Virus record (IMG/VR): IMGVR_UViG_3300035396_000186
Coordinates: 1 to 64,000 of that record
Reading direction: 5' to 3' (one strand)
DNA: 64,000 bases
DNA from: a virus
Lineage: Duplodnaviria; Caudoviricetes
Below the pieces are notes generated by a model. It did not search any database. It was not told the DNA's origin and saw nothing but the letters and a program-made list of their open reading frames with translations. A program made the translations under genes and the position numbers. This document shows positions 48,478-58,795 of this stretch, one piece after another. The stretch's first letter is position 1. Every line of letters begins with the position of its first letter.

Positions 48478-49710
48478 TTAAGATTTATTTTTGATGTTTT
48501 TGATTAGAACAGATTTTCCTGGAGCTGAACAGAAAATTGCTTGATCTGTATAAGCTCTAAGTTCGTATCCTGCACTATTTTCCAAATCTCTGAAGAACTC
48601 ATCGCCTTTTCCTGGTCTTTGGAAAGTAATATCAGTAGAACCAATTCTTGCAAAGTATTCGATAGCTAAACAATAAGCATATCCTTCTTTTACGTAGATA
48701 GATGGTTCAATTTCCATCTCACCATTTTGAGAGAAGAATTTGATTGCTGTAGCACCGTTAACTAGTTCAACTGAACCAAATGATTGATCATATCTTCTTA
48801 AAGCAGCTTGATCTGACATTAGATCAGCCCATGTTTTTGGAGATATGTAACAAACTACTTTTCCATCCAAACCTTTAGCTACTGCAAGAGCAAGAGCTTG
48901 ATTTAGTTTAGGGAAAGAAAGTTCAGCAGCAGCAGCGTCATAAACGTTACCTTTGAACAAGCTGTAATCAGCTACGTTGATATCGAAAAGTGTACCAGTT
49001 GTTTGAGAAAGAATGTTATGGATACCAGTAAATTCATTTCCGAAAGCACCAGCATGGAATATTGAATCGCCAACAGCAACTGAAGCATCAACAGCAGAAG
49101 CCATAGTAATTTTTTTACCTTCGAAATCTACTGATTTTACAGCATAATCAACACCATGTTTAGTAGAAGTAGCAACATCATAAAAAGATACTGGCATTTT
49201 TTCAGCACCAGCCCAGATTCCTGAAGCCCATTCTGCATCATCAATAGTGATTATTGTTTTAGTTCCATCGATAGCTTTAACGATACCGTATCCAGCTTGT
49301 CCGTAAAGTATTTCAATTTCTAGTTTTTTGCTGATTGATCTCATCATATTAGCAACTAGGAATTTTAATGAACTTTCGAAAGCTTCTTTTCCACCAGAAA
49401 CTGCTCTAGAAGCTGCAGCATATCCAAGTACTGATCTAAGTACTAATGGGTTACCACGAACTTTAGCATCTTTGATTGATCCAGCAACTGGAGCAGCCAA
49501 AGAAAATGCATCATCATCAGATGAAGCAAAAGTTACACCATGTTCTTGTCCAACAATTACTGGTTGGTGATACATGTTACCAAGTTTGTCTTTAGCTGAA
49601 AAAGCTATTTTTTTAATAAGTTTAAGAAACTCAGGCACTAACTGAGCCATTTTTGATGCGTAAATTTCTTTGAAATTCGCATTCATGCTTTGAAAAGTGT
49701 TAGATGACAT
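48478..49710 (-). CDS. Major capsid protein
   Basis: 410 aa after the scaffold; strong AGGAG SD, flanking terminators, strongly biased codons. Confidence 0.85.
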   Translation of the reverse strand: MSSNTFQSMNANFKEIYASKMAQLVPEFLKLIKKIAFSAKDKLGNMYHQPVIVGQEHGVTFASSDDDAFSLAAPVAGSIKDAKVRGNPLVLRSVLGYAAASRAVSGGKEAFESSLKFLVANMMRSISKKLEIEILYGQAGYGIVKAIDGTKTIITIDDAEWASGIWAGAEKMPVSFYDVATSTKHGVDYAVKSVDFEGKKITMASAVDASVAVGDSIFHAGAFGNEFTGIHNILSQTTGTLFDINVADYSLFKGNVYDAAAAELSFPKLNQALALAVAKGLDGKVVCYISPKTWADLMSDQAALRRYDQSFGSVELVNGATAIKFFSQNGEMEIEPSIYVKEGYAYCLAIEYFARIGSTDITFQRPGKGDEFFRDLENSAGYELRAYTDQAIFCSAPGKSVLIKNIKNKS

Positions 49711-49886
49711 AAAAAAATTCTCCTAAAAATTAATAATTAAATATAAAACACATTACATGGAATATACCTTCTACCAATCTTTCTTATCTTCGGTATCCCT
49801 TCGCCACTTAAGGTAGAAAGAAATCTGGAAAATACTGAATTGATTTACAGTCGTCCAATTTAAGTTGTTAAAATTAATGAGTATTA

Positions 49887-49913
49887 AAAAGAAAACCCCT
49901 CAGAACGAGGGGC
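49887..49913 (-). terminator. Terminator after the scaffold gene
   Basis: CCCCTC-GTTCT-GAGGGG-TTTTCTTTTT. Confidence 0.8.
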
Positions 49914-49936
49914 TATGTTTGAATAATTTCAGTGGG

Positions 49937-50923
49937 TTAGAACAATCCTCCACCGAAAAAGTCCTTATAACTGACCTTTTTATCGTCTTTCTTCTCATCT
50001 TTAGTAATATGTCCTACATCTTTAGTCAAATTGCTTGTTGTTACTGGCGGTTTCTCTTTAGCTTTAGACATATTATGTTTTCGTATCTTATCGAGGTTAT
50101 CTTTACCAATAACTTCTTTTAATACTTCAGCAGGCATAACTCCGAACATAGATTTAATGTCTGATAGTATCTCCTCTCTAACTATTGGTAATACATCAGC
50201 AGGTTGTAAATCCATACCCTTATTAAGCCCTGCAATCATGATATCTGCCATCTTCTTAACGACATATGGACTCTTAGGTAGATCAGACTTTTCAAGGGCT
50301 TGTGACATTAATGTATCATATCTAGTAACTTCAGCCTCTTGTAGTCTTTCTAGTTCTCTAGTTCTAAACTCTTCTTCTTTAGTTTTCTTTTCGTCTTCTA
50401 ATTCCCTTAACTTAGCTTCAAGTTTTTCTCTTTCAATAAGTTCGGGTGATTTCTGAGAGTTAGCTATCTCTTCTTCTAAGATCTCTGCTGCCATCTTCTT
50501 AAGATCTACTCCAATGTTTGGATTACTTAATGCCTTACGTGGATTAGTCTTTAATTCGTTTAGAAATGATGTAACAGTCTTTTCTAGATCAGCGTACTCT
50601 TGAGCTTTCGAATTTCCGAGTTTAGCCATTTGAAGTTGTTTTTGCATAAATTCAATAGCTTTTGGGTCATCGTCAATTTCGAACGGTAATTCTTCTTCGA
50701 CTTCTTTCCCGTTGAATTTAAGTTTGAGTTTACTGATTCTTTTTTTAATTTCTTTCTTTTCATCTTTTTTCTCCTTAGCTGAATCATCAGCACTGGCACT
50801 AACATCATCAGCTAGACCATCATCTAGATCTGAAGACTCATTACTTTCAATTGATTTTGCTTCAATAGAAGCATCGGCTGGGGTACTAGCTGCAACTGGT
50901 GCAGCATTAGCTACATCTGACAT
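49937..50923 (-). CDS. Capsid scaffolding protein
   Basis: 328 aa, acidic coiled coil, KLKFNGKEVEE motif, directly upstream of capsid. Confidence 0.75.
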   Translation of the reverse strand: MSDVANAAPVAASTPADASIEAKSIESNESSDLDDGLADDVSASADDSAKEKKDEKKEIKKRISKLKLKFNGKEVEEELPFEIDDDPKAIEFMQKQLQMAKLGNSKAQEYADLEKTVTSFLNELKTNPRKALSNPNIGVDLKKMAAEILEEEIANSQKSPELIEREKLEAKLRELEDEKKTKEEEFRTRELERLQEAEVTRYDTLMSQALEKSDLPKSPYVVKKMADIMIAGLNKGMDLQPADVLPIVREEILSDIKSMFGVMPAEVLKEVIGKDNLDKIRKHNMSKAKEKPPVTTSNLTKDVGHITKDEKKDDKKVSYKDFFGGGLF

Positions 50924-51017
50924 AGTTTACTCCTTGACTATCCTTATAGGGTAAGTCATCATAGGTTAAAGCGTCCGTTATGGATAGCTCCATCATAAGT
51001 TGTTAGTATTATAGAAA

Positions 51018-51194
51018 CTAATCTCTTTTGACTTCTAAGATAACGATATCATTGAATAATTGAACATCACCTAGTTTGACTCTCTTCTCACATAAAGTAC
51101 GTTGTAAGAATTTGTCCATCTTTTTTGAACCTTTTAATTTGTTTAAAGCATCATAAGACAAACGGTCAATACTAACAAACGATTTCTTTTTCAT
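51018..51194 (-). CDS. Small ribbon-helix-helix-like protein not in the ORF track (58 aa)
   Basis: MKKKSFVSIDRLSYDALNKLKGSKKMDKFLQRTL; ATGA-coupled to the upstream gene. Confidence 0.5.
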   Translation of the reverse strand: MKKKSFVSIDRLSYDALNKLKGSKKMDKFLQRTLCEKRVKLGDVQLFNDIVILEVKRD

Positions 51195-51943
51195 AATAAC
51201 TCCATTACTTTAGGATATAGACTCATAATAATTTCAAATGTAATTAATCCGATAATTATCAGTTCTAATAAAGTAGACTTATTGTTATTAATAAGTTCAA
51301 TTAGAATATTAAGATTTGATTGTATCGTATCTAAATTCTTTTCTATCGCTTTATATCGAGGTATGATATCGAACGTAGTTTGAACTGAACGAAATGTTTC
51401 TTCTAGCTTATCATCATCCCAAACTTCATCAGGATAATCATTGATATACAAGTTATTTAGTATTTCTTGTTTTAAATAAATACAAGTACCTACAAATTTG
51501 ATTAAACCTTTTTTAGAAAAAGAATGTTTGCCATTTGTTGCAAGATCTTTTGAATACTTTAGAGAAGTCGTTAATAGATCGTCAATCTTTTCTTCGTAAT
51601 AATCTAATGTTACAGATTCAGCTAAGACGAGTGACACTATTCGTATAAATTTGATACTATTTGAATCTGAAGGCAAATCTTTTGAACTAAAATGTTCGAC
51701 TGAGTGATTAGTTAGCTTATTAGTAAATTTTTTAGTAAATAGATCTGTAATTATTTTTTTATTATCGTCAGATAAGTTGATTAATACATAAGCACCAAAA
51801 GTATACACAATAACATATTGATTTTTCTCAATTTGATAGACGACTTCATGACTTGATTCATAAATATTGGTATATACCGATAATATTTCATCATATTCAT
51901 TACGTTTAATCTTTTGATAGATGTTATGAGCAGTTAACTTCAT
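51191..51943 (-). CDS. RMD1/DUF155 (YagE-like) family protein
   Basis: VYTFGAYVL.N...VLAESVTLDYYE...DYPDEVWDDDKLE..F...FDI..RY..IE..L...S..LELIIIGLI.FEI. Confidence 0.8.
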   Translation of the reverse strand: MKLTAHNIYQKIKRNEYDEILSVYTNIYESSHEVVYQIEKNQYVIVYTFGAYVLINLSDDNKKIITDLFTKKFTNKLTNHSVEHFSSKDLPSDSNSIKFIRIVSLVLAESVTLDYYEEKIDDLLTTSLKYSKDLATNGKHSFSKKGLIKFVGTCIYLKQEILNNLYINDYPDEVWDDDKLEETFRSVQTTFDIIPRYKAIEKNLDTIQSNLNILIELINNNKSTLLELIIIGLITFEIIMSLYPKVMELL

Positions 51944-51957
51944 GTTCTTAGTATAGC

Positions 51958-51986
51958 ATGATAACTGGAGATTGTCTAATTGTCAA
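51958..51986 (-). promoter_or_regulatory. Sigma70 promoter of the RMD1-like gene
   Basis: TTGACA-17-TATCAT, ending 15 nt before the ATG. Confidence 0.7.
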
Positions 51987-51989
51987 GTT

Positions 51990-52442
51990 TTATTTAGAAG
52001 AAAGGCGTTGTTTAAGTAAATAGATTCTATTTTGTGATTTATCTGCAAGATCTGCGACCATATTCTTACAACCAACAGAGTTAGCTTCAGAATCATATTT
52101 AGCACAGTAGTCTTGTAGTTCATTTTCCATAGCAAGAGCTGCTTCACAGTATACTTTATTCTCAGAAGCTAGATATGGTAATGATTTAGTCTTTTCATAT
52201 ATACCTTTAAGTATAACTGGAAGAGATAATTTATCAGCTCCATCGCCTACACCAATCATTTTCTCAGCAATTGAATCTATAGCAGAACTAGCTTCACCAT
52301 ATAATCTTTCAAATAATAAATGATCTGCAAAGAATGTAGAATTTTTACAAGTCCAGTGTGCAACTTGATAATATTCTGATAAAGATCTAACGCAAATTAG
52401 AATTGTTTGGAGTGACATAGATTTTACTGGTAGTATTTCCAT
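51990..52442 (-). CDS. Dps/ferritin-like protein
   Basis: AHW...F..DHLLFERLY......DSIAEK ferroxidase-type pattern; four-helix size (150 aa). Confidence 0.75.
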   Translation of the reverse strand: MEILPVKSMSLQTILICVRSLSEYYQVAHWTCKNSTFFADHLLFERLYGEASSAIDSIAEKMIGVGDGADKLSLPVILKGIYEKTKSLPYLASENKVYCEAALAMENELQDYCAKYDSEANSVGCKNMVADLADKSQNRIYLLKQRLSSK

Positions 52443-52444
52443 AA

Positions 52445-53101
52445 TTAGAATCCTCCCATTATTTTACGTAACAATGGATTAGGTGGTTGTTTATTTTTAT
52501 CAGCTAAATCTTGAATATATTTCTGCAACTCTTCATTTGATTGAACATCTTCAGAAGGTCGTTTTGAAATATCCGCTATATGATTAGTTAAAGCTTCCAC
52601 TGATGACATTGGATCTTCTTTTACATATGGAGCAGTAAGATCTTTTAGATAGTTATCTCTATTTTCAACACTACCCATAGCTTTTCTTAATGTATGAGCA
52701 ACAGAATTCGGATTTTCAATATTCTCATCTGTAGCAATTTCACTTGATGGACCAATAGGCGTTGCTGCTAATAGATCTCCACTAGAAGCTACTGAACCTG
52801 CACCAATTATTGCACCTAATCCTGGTAGTTTAGTTAATGCCCCTTTTAGATATTTATTAATCTTACCCATATTTCCAGCTTTAGCTACTTGGATTTCAGC
52901 AGGAGCATTCTTTACTACTTCTTTTACTTCATTATCAGGCATTTCTACTAATTTTCTTATTAGGTTCCGATCTAATGCTTTATCTGGATTTCTTTCTACA
53001 TCAGCAGCCATTATATCCTTACCTCTTTGTTTGATCTTTTCAAGTATTTCAGGTGGTAATACAAATCCTTTATCACTAATATCTACCATATTTTCCTCCA
53101 A
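52445..53101 (-). CDS. Hypothetical late protein
   Basis: 218 aa with a LPGLGAIIG hydrophobic patch. Confidence 0.6.
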   Translation of the reverse strand: MEENMVDISDKGFVLPPEILEKIKQRGKDIMAADVERNPDKALDRNLIRKLVEMPDNEVKEVVKNAPAEIQVAKAGNMGKINKYLKGALTKLPGLGAIIGAGSVASSGDLLAATPIGPSSEIATDENIENPNSVAHTLRKAMGSVENRDNYLKDLTAPYVKEDPMSSVEALTNHIADISKRPSEDVQSNEELQKYIQDLADKNKQPPNPLLRKIMGGF

Positions 53102-53708
53102 GTAAACTATTGATTGCTAATTTTTTTCTACTAACTTCTTCTGGCGATAAAGCTCCAGCGACAGGAGTTTGTTCATCAGATCTTCCTAACGCCATAAGAT
53201 TGTCGTAATTACTAGCTTCACCCATATTACCAGGATTGATTGGTTCTCTACCAGGTATATATTCTTTTTCTATTGGAAGGTTATCACCTGCTGGTCTTCT
53301 TTGAGCTTCAGGTTGACCAGGAACAATATCAGATCCTTGACCAACATCTTCACTAGCAAGTAATGAACCAACAACGGGAACTTGTCCAGCTAATTCTTCA
53401 GCCGCAGCAGCAGGACCAGATTCTAATCCTTTATATGCAGCTAAACCTAATCCAAGACCGGGAACTAATGACATTAATTTCTTACTACCTTTCATTCTAG
53501 CAGCAGGATTTCGAGCTAAAGCATTATCTAAAGCTGAAGCATTCATTGGAGGAGCTTCTTTTCCCGATAAACTTCTAATATAATCCATATGACTTTTAGC
53601 CATTGATCGTTGAGCTTCTAGTCCTTTACCGATATTTCCAGTAGCTTCTTTATCTTTTAACACTTTTAAAAATTCTTGAGTTTTTGCATCTTTTTTGTTG
53701 TCAGCCAT
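53076..53708 (-). CDS. Hypothetical late protein
   Basis: 210 aa with a VPGLGLGLAA patch, directly after the portal. Confidence 0.6.
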   Translation of the reverse strand: MADNKKDAKTQEFLKVLKDKEATGNIGKGLEAQRSMAKSHMDYIRSLSGKEAPPMNASALDNALARNPAARMKGSKKLMSLVPGLGLGLAAYKGLESGPAAAAEELAGQVPVVGSLLASEDVGQGSDIVPGQPEAQRRPAGDNLPIEKEYIPGREPINPGNMGEASNYDNLMALGRSDEQTPVAGALSPEEVSRKKLAINSLLGGKYGRY

Positions 53709-53716
53709 AAGGTCTC

Positions 53717-55777
53717 CTATTGTGGAATATTGTCTGCTGGATTAGTTGGAAGGTTTTTAAATTCTCCTGGAGGAGTTGGAACTTGAGGCAGCGATTGTGT
53801 TCCGTTTCCTACAGTTTGTATTTCATTTGTTTCAGTTTGATATGGATTACCTTGAACGTCAGGATTTACACTACCTTGAAGAACATGTTTATTCCCCATA
53901 GGTTGATTTGGACCTTGTGGTCCTGGAGGAGCACCTGGAGGTTGTTGTTGAGCTAATGGTGTTTCTCCTATCATTTGTAATATCTCAGGATCACCTTCAC
54001 GTAATTGTTGTAAATGTTGTTGTATATGATCTTGAGCAACTCTTAATAATTCAGGATTAAATCTTAAATCTGGATCAGCTATAACAGTTTTATGTTCAAG
54101 TATATGCATTCTATGTTTATCTAATAAATGAACTGGAAGATTTTCACCATCTAATAGTTTTTCATTTTCTTTCTTAATTAAAAGAAGTTCATTCATTTCA
54201 CCTTCAAATGCAACATCTAATTTACCAGTGTTGATAATTTGAAAATATTGTTCAGGATTCTTAAGTAGTTTCATTTGAGCCAATTGTTCTGCCATTTGAA
54301 CTCTACCTGCAGTAGTTTTAGCTAATGGATTTCCAACATCTACTACAACTCTACAAATATTACTTATATCATCACCAATAAATTCTTTTAGAAATGGTTT
54401 CTGATTCTTACCAACAATTGCAACAAGTCTAGGAGTATGCGCAAAATCTTTAATCATTTGAACCATTGAAGTTCCAACTGATTCTATAAGCTTAACATAA
54501 CTTTGTTGTAATCCAGATATAAATTGAATTGCCATTGATTGAACCATAGCAAGGGCTGTACCAGATTTTAATGAGCTTTCAGGATTTCCTCTAGCAACAC
54601 TATTAATACCGGTTAAAGTTTCCATCTGTCTTTGTAATGCTTCAACAAATGTAAATGTTTCTGGAGCAGAACTTGTAAAGTTAATCGGTTCAGGTTTAAC
54701 ATTACCTTCAATTAAATTCATACCACCTTGAAGTGATGCAAAACTTATCTCAGAATCTTTTTGAACAAATAAACTTTGAACAGCAAATGCATTATTGTTT
54801 GTCATTATAGAACCATATAAAGCATTTATAGCCTCTTGTAATGGATATATATCAAACAAAGGAGAATAACCATAAGGAGTTCCTAAAATTTCAGCAGGAA
54901 CTATACGATAGACTGGAATATTAGCATATGGCATCTTCATGTCCATAAGAACACAATCAGGATCGACAAATAACATGTAACGACCTTCAGGCATTGCTTC
55001 TGTTTTTTTATGAAAGAATTCATATACAGGAACATCATCAGTTCCATCATTAGAAAACATTGTAATTCTAAAAATAGATGAATACTGTTTACTATCCATC
55101 TGCCTTAATTTATCAGCTAGATCTGGAAACTTAGCAGCTAGATCATGTCTATTTTTATATGTTCTAACTAACATCCATTGATTATCCCAAGTTTCTTTAC
55201 TACCATCAACTACAACATCATATGGACTTAAATTACTAAATTCTAAATCTCCATTGTAGTTATATTCACCACTTTCTGGATCAAAATCGTATGTATCACC
55301 AGCAGTAGCATTCCAAGCTAATTTAACATAACCAGCACCAAGAACTACAGAATATTCTACAGCTCTTCTTAATGCTTCTTCTAGTCCTTTCTCTCGCATA
55401 TAGTATTCTAAGATACCATTTGCTAAATAAGTTTGAGAAAGAGATTTACCGTCAGTATTAACTGCCTTAGCTTCCATAGTTGGTCTATTAGCAGTTATCA
55501 TTCTAACTATATGTTCTCCGAAATTTCTTAAGTGATTAACATTTAATGAAACTAGTTCACCTTGTTCACCAGTAAAACTAATTCTATGGGTATCAGCACC
55601 ATAGATACCATGATATGCCATCCACATTCTTCTTAACTTTTCCATGTAGTCATTGGAATATAACATACTGAAGAATGTATTGCCTTTATTTAATAAGATA
55701 TTAGCAGCTTCTTTAGCTTCTCTAGCTGCAAAATATTCTTTCGATAGATCTGGATTTTTATAACCGTCCGAAGCCAT
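53717..55777 (-). CDS. Portal protein
   Basis: 686 aa after TerL; P22-like features (LSPYDVVVD, LTGINSVARG) and Pro/Gln-rich tail. Confidence 0.85.
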   Translation of the reverse strand: MASDGYKNPDLSKEYFAAREAKEAANILLNKGNTFFSMLYSNDYMEKLRRMWMAYHGIYGADTHRISFTGEQGELVSLNVNHLRNFGEHIVRMITANRPTMEAKAVNTDGKSLSQTYLANGILEYYMREKGLEEALRRAVEYSVVLGAGYVKLAWNATAGDTYDFDPESGEYNYNGDLEFSNLSPYDVVVDGSKETWDNQWMLVRTYKNRHDLAAKFPDLADKLRQMDSKQYSSIFRITMFSNDGTDDVPVYEFFHKKTEAMPEGRYMLFVDPDCVLMDMKMPYANIPVYRIVPAEILGTPYGYSPLFDIYPLQEAINALYGSIMTNNNAFAVQSLFVQKDSEISFASLQGGMNLIEGNVKPEPINFTSSAPETFTFVEALQRQMETLTGINSVARGNPESSLKSGTALAMVQSMAIQFISGLQQSYVKLIESVGTSMVQMIKDFAHTPRLVAIVGKNQKPFLKEFIGDDISNICRVVVDVGNPLAKTTAGRVQMAEQLAQMKLLKNPEQYFQIINTGKLDVAFEGEMNELLLIKKENEKLLDGENLPVHLLDKHRMHILEHKTVIADPDLRFNPELLRVAQDHIQQHLQQLREGDPEILQMIGETPLAQQQPPGAPPGPQGPNQPMGNKHVLQGSVNPDVQGNPYQTETNEIQTVGNGTQSLPQVPTPPGEFKNLPTNPADNIPQ

Positions 55778-55893
55778 GATAACTCCTAATTGAAAATTTT
55801 TATGGTAATATTATGTACAATTAAGTATAATATATATTTACGAATTAAACAAGTGTTCAACGTAAATTCATAGAAACTCTCTTAGTATAGTTG

Positions 55894-57342
55894 TTATTTC
55901 CGACGCTTAGATGAGAATATCTGATTGAAGACATCTACTACAGTATTCTGACTATTCTTCTGATTAAAAGCATTGCGATCTTTAATATGCATGTTCTCAG
56001 TATTGATATACCCTAAAGGGTATGGGTTACGTGTGTAAGTTATTGATCTTATTAGATAAATCAATGCATCTACTGCATCATAATGTCCGTCATCTGGTGA
56101 CCTAGCGAAGATATCTTTATTCTTATCTTTCCATCGACAGTTCTTTAAGTGTCTAATTAAAGTAGTGCATGATGGATGAATAACAATTTGTTCTTGAGAT
56201 AGGAGAGTTCTTGTTTGGTTTATTGCAGCTAACTTATCATCTTTCTTAGGAATGGAAAATGTCAGGTAACCATTACTCTTTCTACTAATTTCTGAGGTAA
56301 CTATATGATTTATATCTGATACTCTACGATATGGTTTTTGTAATTCGAATGTATATGGATGTTTCCATAGTTCAGCTTCTTTATCCATTATCAATCTGGC
56401 TAACTTTTCAATTTGAACTTCGTGTCCTTTTAAAACTATCTCAGATTCAATTACAATCTTAGAATATCTAAAGTCATAGTAACCGAATAATATGACTGTA
56501 AGATCTCGAAATCCCAAGTCCATGCTCACATATGAATCATAATACGGCGGTTTTGTCCAAACCTGGACTATTTTATCTAATAGTAATTCATCAACTTCAG
56601 GTAGAACTGTAGAAGTTTCAGATCTAATAATCTCACAAAGGTATTCTCTTCTAAACTGTTCAGACTTTTCTCCACCCATTTGTTTAATTATGTTCTGTCT
56701 TTGAGCTGGACTAATAATAGGAACATCATAAATATTCTTCTTATAAAAACAATTATTAATTTCAGCTTCCTCAATAAATTTTATAAATTCATGATCTGGA
56801 TCGGTAGGTGGAGTTGAAACTAATATTACTTTACCACCAGTGTGAGTAGTAGTTGGTATTAATACTGACTTAACAATCTTCTCTAAGTTATCAACAAAGC
56901 CAGCTTCATCAATTAAAGCTAAGTGACATTTAGCACCTCTTAGTTTTTCAAAGTTTTGAGCATCAGATCCGGCTAAATGTATCTCTGAACCATTTTCAAA
57001 TTTATACATGTGTTGACTAGCGTTGTAAATAGGTTTCACATCATCAGGACAATCTTCTAATATTTCTCGCATCTTAGGTTCAAGAACGCTTCGCATGTGC
57101 AACTTAGTATCAGTAAGTATCTTCACAACACTATTAGGATGTTTAATACATTGCATTAACGCTAATGTTCCAAGCATCCAAGTTTTACCTGTTTGTCTAC
57201 TACATAAAAATACTAGAGTTGAATGAGCAGGAGCAGCTCGCATAATGTCTAACATTTCCTTTTGAAGTTTATGGAGTTTAAATTCTAATTCTCCTCTTCT
57301 CCAAAGTAAATCTTTTACATTTTGTTTTGAAAGTTGAGCCAT
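55894..57342 (-). CDS. terL: Terminase large subunit
   Basis: CSRQTGKT Walker A, ALIDEAGF Walker B, VSTPP, FRREYLCE, nuclease SMDLG and HYDAVDALIY. Confidence 0.93.
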   Translation of the reverse strand: MAQLSKQNVKDLLWRRGELEFKLHKLQKEMLDIMRAAPAHSTLVFLCSRQTGKTWMLGTLALMQCIKHPNSVVKILTDTKLHMRSVLEPKMREILEDCPDDVKPIYNASQHMYKFENGSEIHLAGSDAQNFEKLRGAKCHLALIDEAGFVDNLEKIVKSVLIPTTTHTGGKVILVSTPPTDPDHEFIKFIEEAEINNCFYKKNIYDVPIISPAQRQNIIKQMGGEKSEQFRREYLCEIIRSETSTVLPEVDELLLDKIVQVWTKPPYYDSYVSMDLGFRDLTVILFGYYDFRYSKIVIESEIVLKGHEVQIEKLARLIMDKEAELWKHPYTFELQKPYRRVSDINHIVTSEISRKSNGYLTFSIPKKDDKLAAINQTRTLLSQEQIVIHPSCTTLIRHLKNCRWKDKNKDIFARSPDDGHYDAVDALIYLIRSITYTRNPYPLGYINTENMHIKDRNAFNQKNSQNTVVDVFNQIFSSKRRK

Positions 57343-57344
57343 AA

Positions 57345-57728
57345 CTATTCCTTAATGAAATCTTCAGTGTTAAGAATAGCTAGGAGTTTAGAACTTGACA
57401 TTGCTTCTATATCTGATTTCTTTTTCTTAGGTACACTCTTTACTAAATTCAAAGACTTGATATAAATTTCAGCTTTCTTACATTCTTCTAATGTTAATTC
57501 TTGAACTAATGCTCTATCTTTTAATAATTGTAATTGTTTCATACATAAAGCTTCAGCATCAGATATAGCAACTTGTTCTTCTTTATTTTCTAATGAAGAA
57601 AGATCTTGAATATGTTTACGAAGTTTCTCGTTTTCGTGTTCTAAATCTGAAATCTTATTTTTTAACGAAAGAACTTCGATAGATCCTTTCTGATTTTCAA
57701 ACATATCACCTAAAGATTCTATTTTCAT
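57345..57728 (-). CDS. Hypothetical protein upstream of TerL (possible small terminase)
   Basis: 127 aa, helical, position only. Confidence 0.45.
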   Translation of the reverse strand: MKIESLGDMFENQKGSIEVLSLKNKISDLEHENEKLRKHIQDLSSLENKEEQVAISDAEALCMKQLQLLKDRALVQELTLEECKKAEIYIKSLNLVKSVPKKKKSDIEAMSSSKLLAILNTEDFIKE

Positions 57729-57745
57729 GATTGCCTCTTGTTATA

Positions 57746-58039
57746 TTAGAATACCCTGCTCGTAGGATCTTTCATTGCAGCACCCATTTTAAATTTAGTT
57801 AAGTCTGTTTTATATTGTTCAAAACTTTTTCTTTGTTCTAGCAATGCAAGTTCAAAGACTTTTAGTTTATTTTCAAACTCAACGAGCTTACTTTTTTTAG
57901 ATTCATATTCCGAATAAGCAACTGAGAAAACTAATGTTAAAAGAATTCCAACTTCTACAAAAGAAGGAGCGATAAACATCAATTTAATAAAAAATGCTAA
58001 TAATAATACATACGGCAGGTACTTCAGACTGATCTTCAT
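57746..58039 (-). CDS. Two-TM plus coiled-coil membrane protein
   Basis: GGAGGA SD before MKISLKY. Confidence 0.55.
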   Translation of the reverse strand: MKISLKYLPYVLLLAFFIKLMFIAPSFVEVGILLTLVFSVAYSEYESKKSKLVEFENKLKVFELALLEQRKSFEQYKTDLTKFKMGAAMKDPTSRVF

Positions 58040-58173
58040 TAATCCTCCATAACCTAACGAACTAAAAGAAAAGAAGGTATCAAACGTATTCCACACTTTT
58101 TTTAATTTTGCCTTATAAAAGGCTGTTGGTTTTGTTGTATAACCTTTAATCCAAGTTGTTAAGTAACTAATAT

Positions 58174-58368
58174 TCATATATCCTCAGGGTCCATAATCTT
58201 ATTTTGTTTATACTCATCAAAAGCATAAGCGTATAGCGTTAAAACATTATAACCCATTTGTTCTAACATTGCAAGATGCTTACTAGCTTTAGTCATATTA
58301 TCGAATCTCATATAAAATTCGACGTTATTTGACTCTCTCCAAACTAAATATACATCTTCACTACTCAT
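58174..58368 (-). CDS. Hypothetical protein
   Basis: 64 aa in a coupled string. Confidence 0.55.
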   Translation of the reverse strand: MSSEDVYLVWRESNNVEFYMRFDNMTKASKHLAMLEQMGYNVLTLYAYAFDEYKQNKIMDPEDI

Positions 58369-58369
58369 A

Positions 58370-58795
58370 TTACGGCTTAAACCAGCGATTACCTGATGCT
58401 GGTGGATTTATTTGTAGATGTACCCAGTTCTTATTACCATCCTCACACCATAATTCATTATCAACTAATATCTTACTACCATCTTTTTTTAAGAAAGCAG
58501 TTAATTCTAAATGCGAATCGGCTATATCTATAGCACATCCATTCAAATGACTCGACTTCATTGGTATCTTTTTTAAATCAGTAATACCTTTCTGTGCGTA
58601 TATTCGTAAATGATCTTCCATAGTCCTAAGACCTGATGTAACGATCATAGCACGACCCCAGATATCCCTAATCTTATTGACACGTTCTAAAAGAATCTTA
58701 ATATTATCCTTAATTTTTTGATCAAGGACATCATAATTTGCACCTCTAAGAAACTCATTTAGTGTAATCATACTAAATATCTCCAGCTCGATCAT
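58370..58795 (-). CDS. Peptidase M15 family endolysin
   Basis: VTSGLR, SSHLNGCAIDI, WVHLQ zinc-peptidase motifs. Confidence 0.85.
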   Translation of the reverse strand: MIELEIFSMITLNEFLRGANYDVLDQKIKDNIKILLERVNKIRDIWGRAMIVTSGLRTMEDHLRIYAQKGITDLKKIPMKSSHLNGCAIDIADSHLELTAFLKKDGSKILVDNELWCEDGNKNWVHLQINPPASGNRWFKP

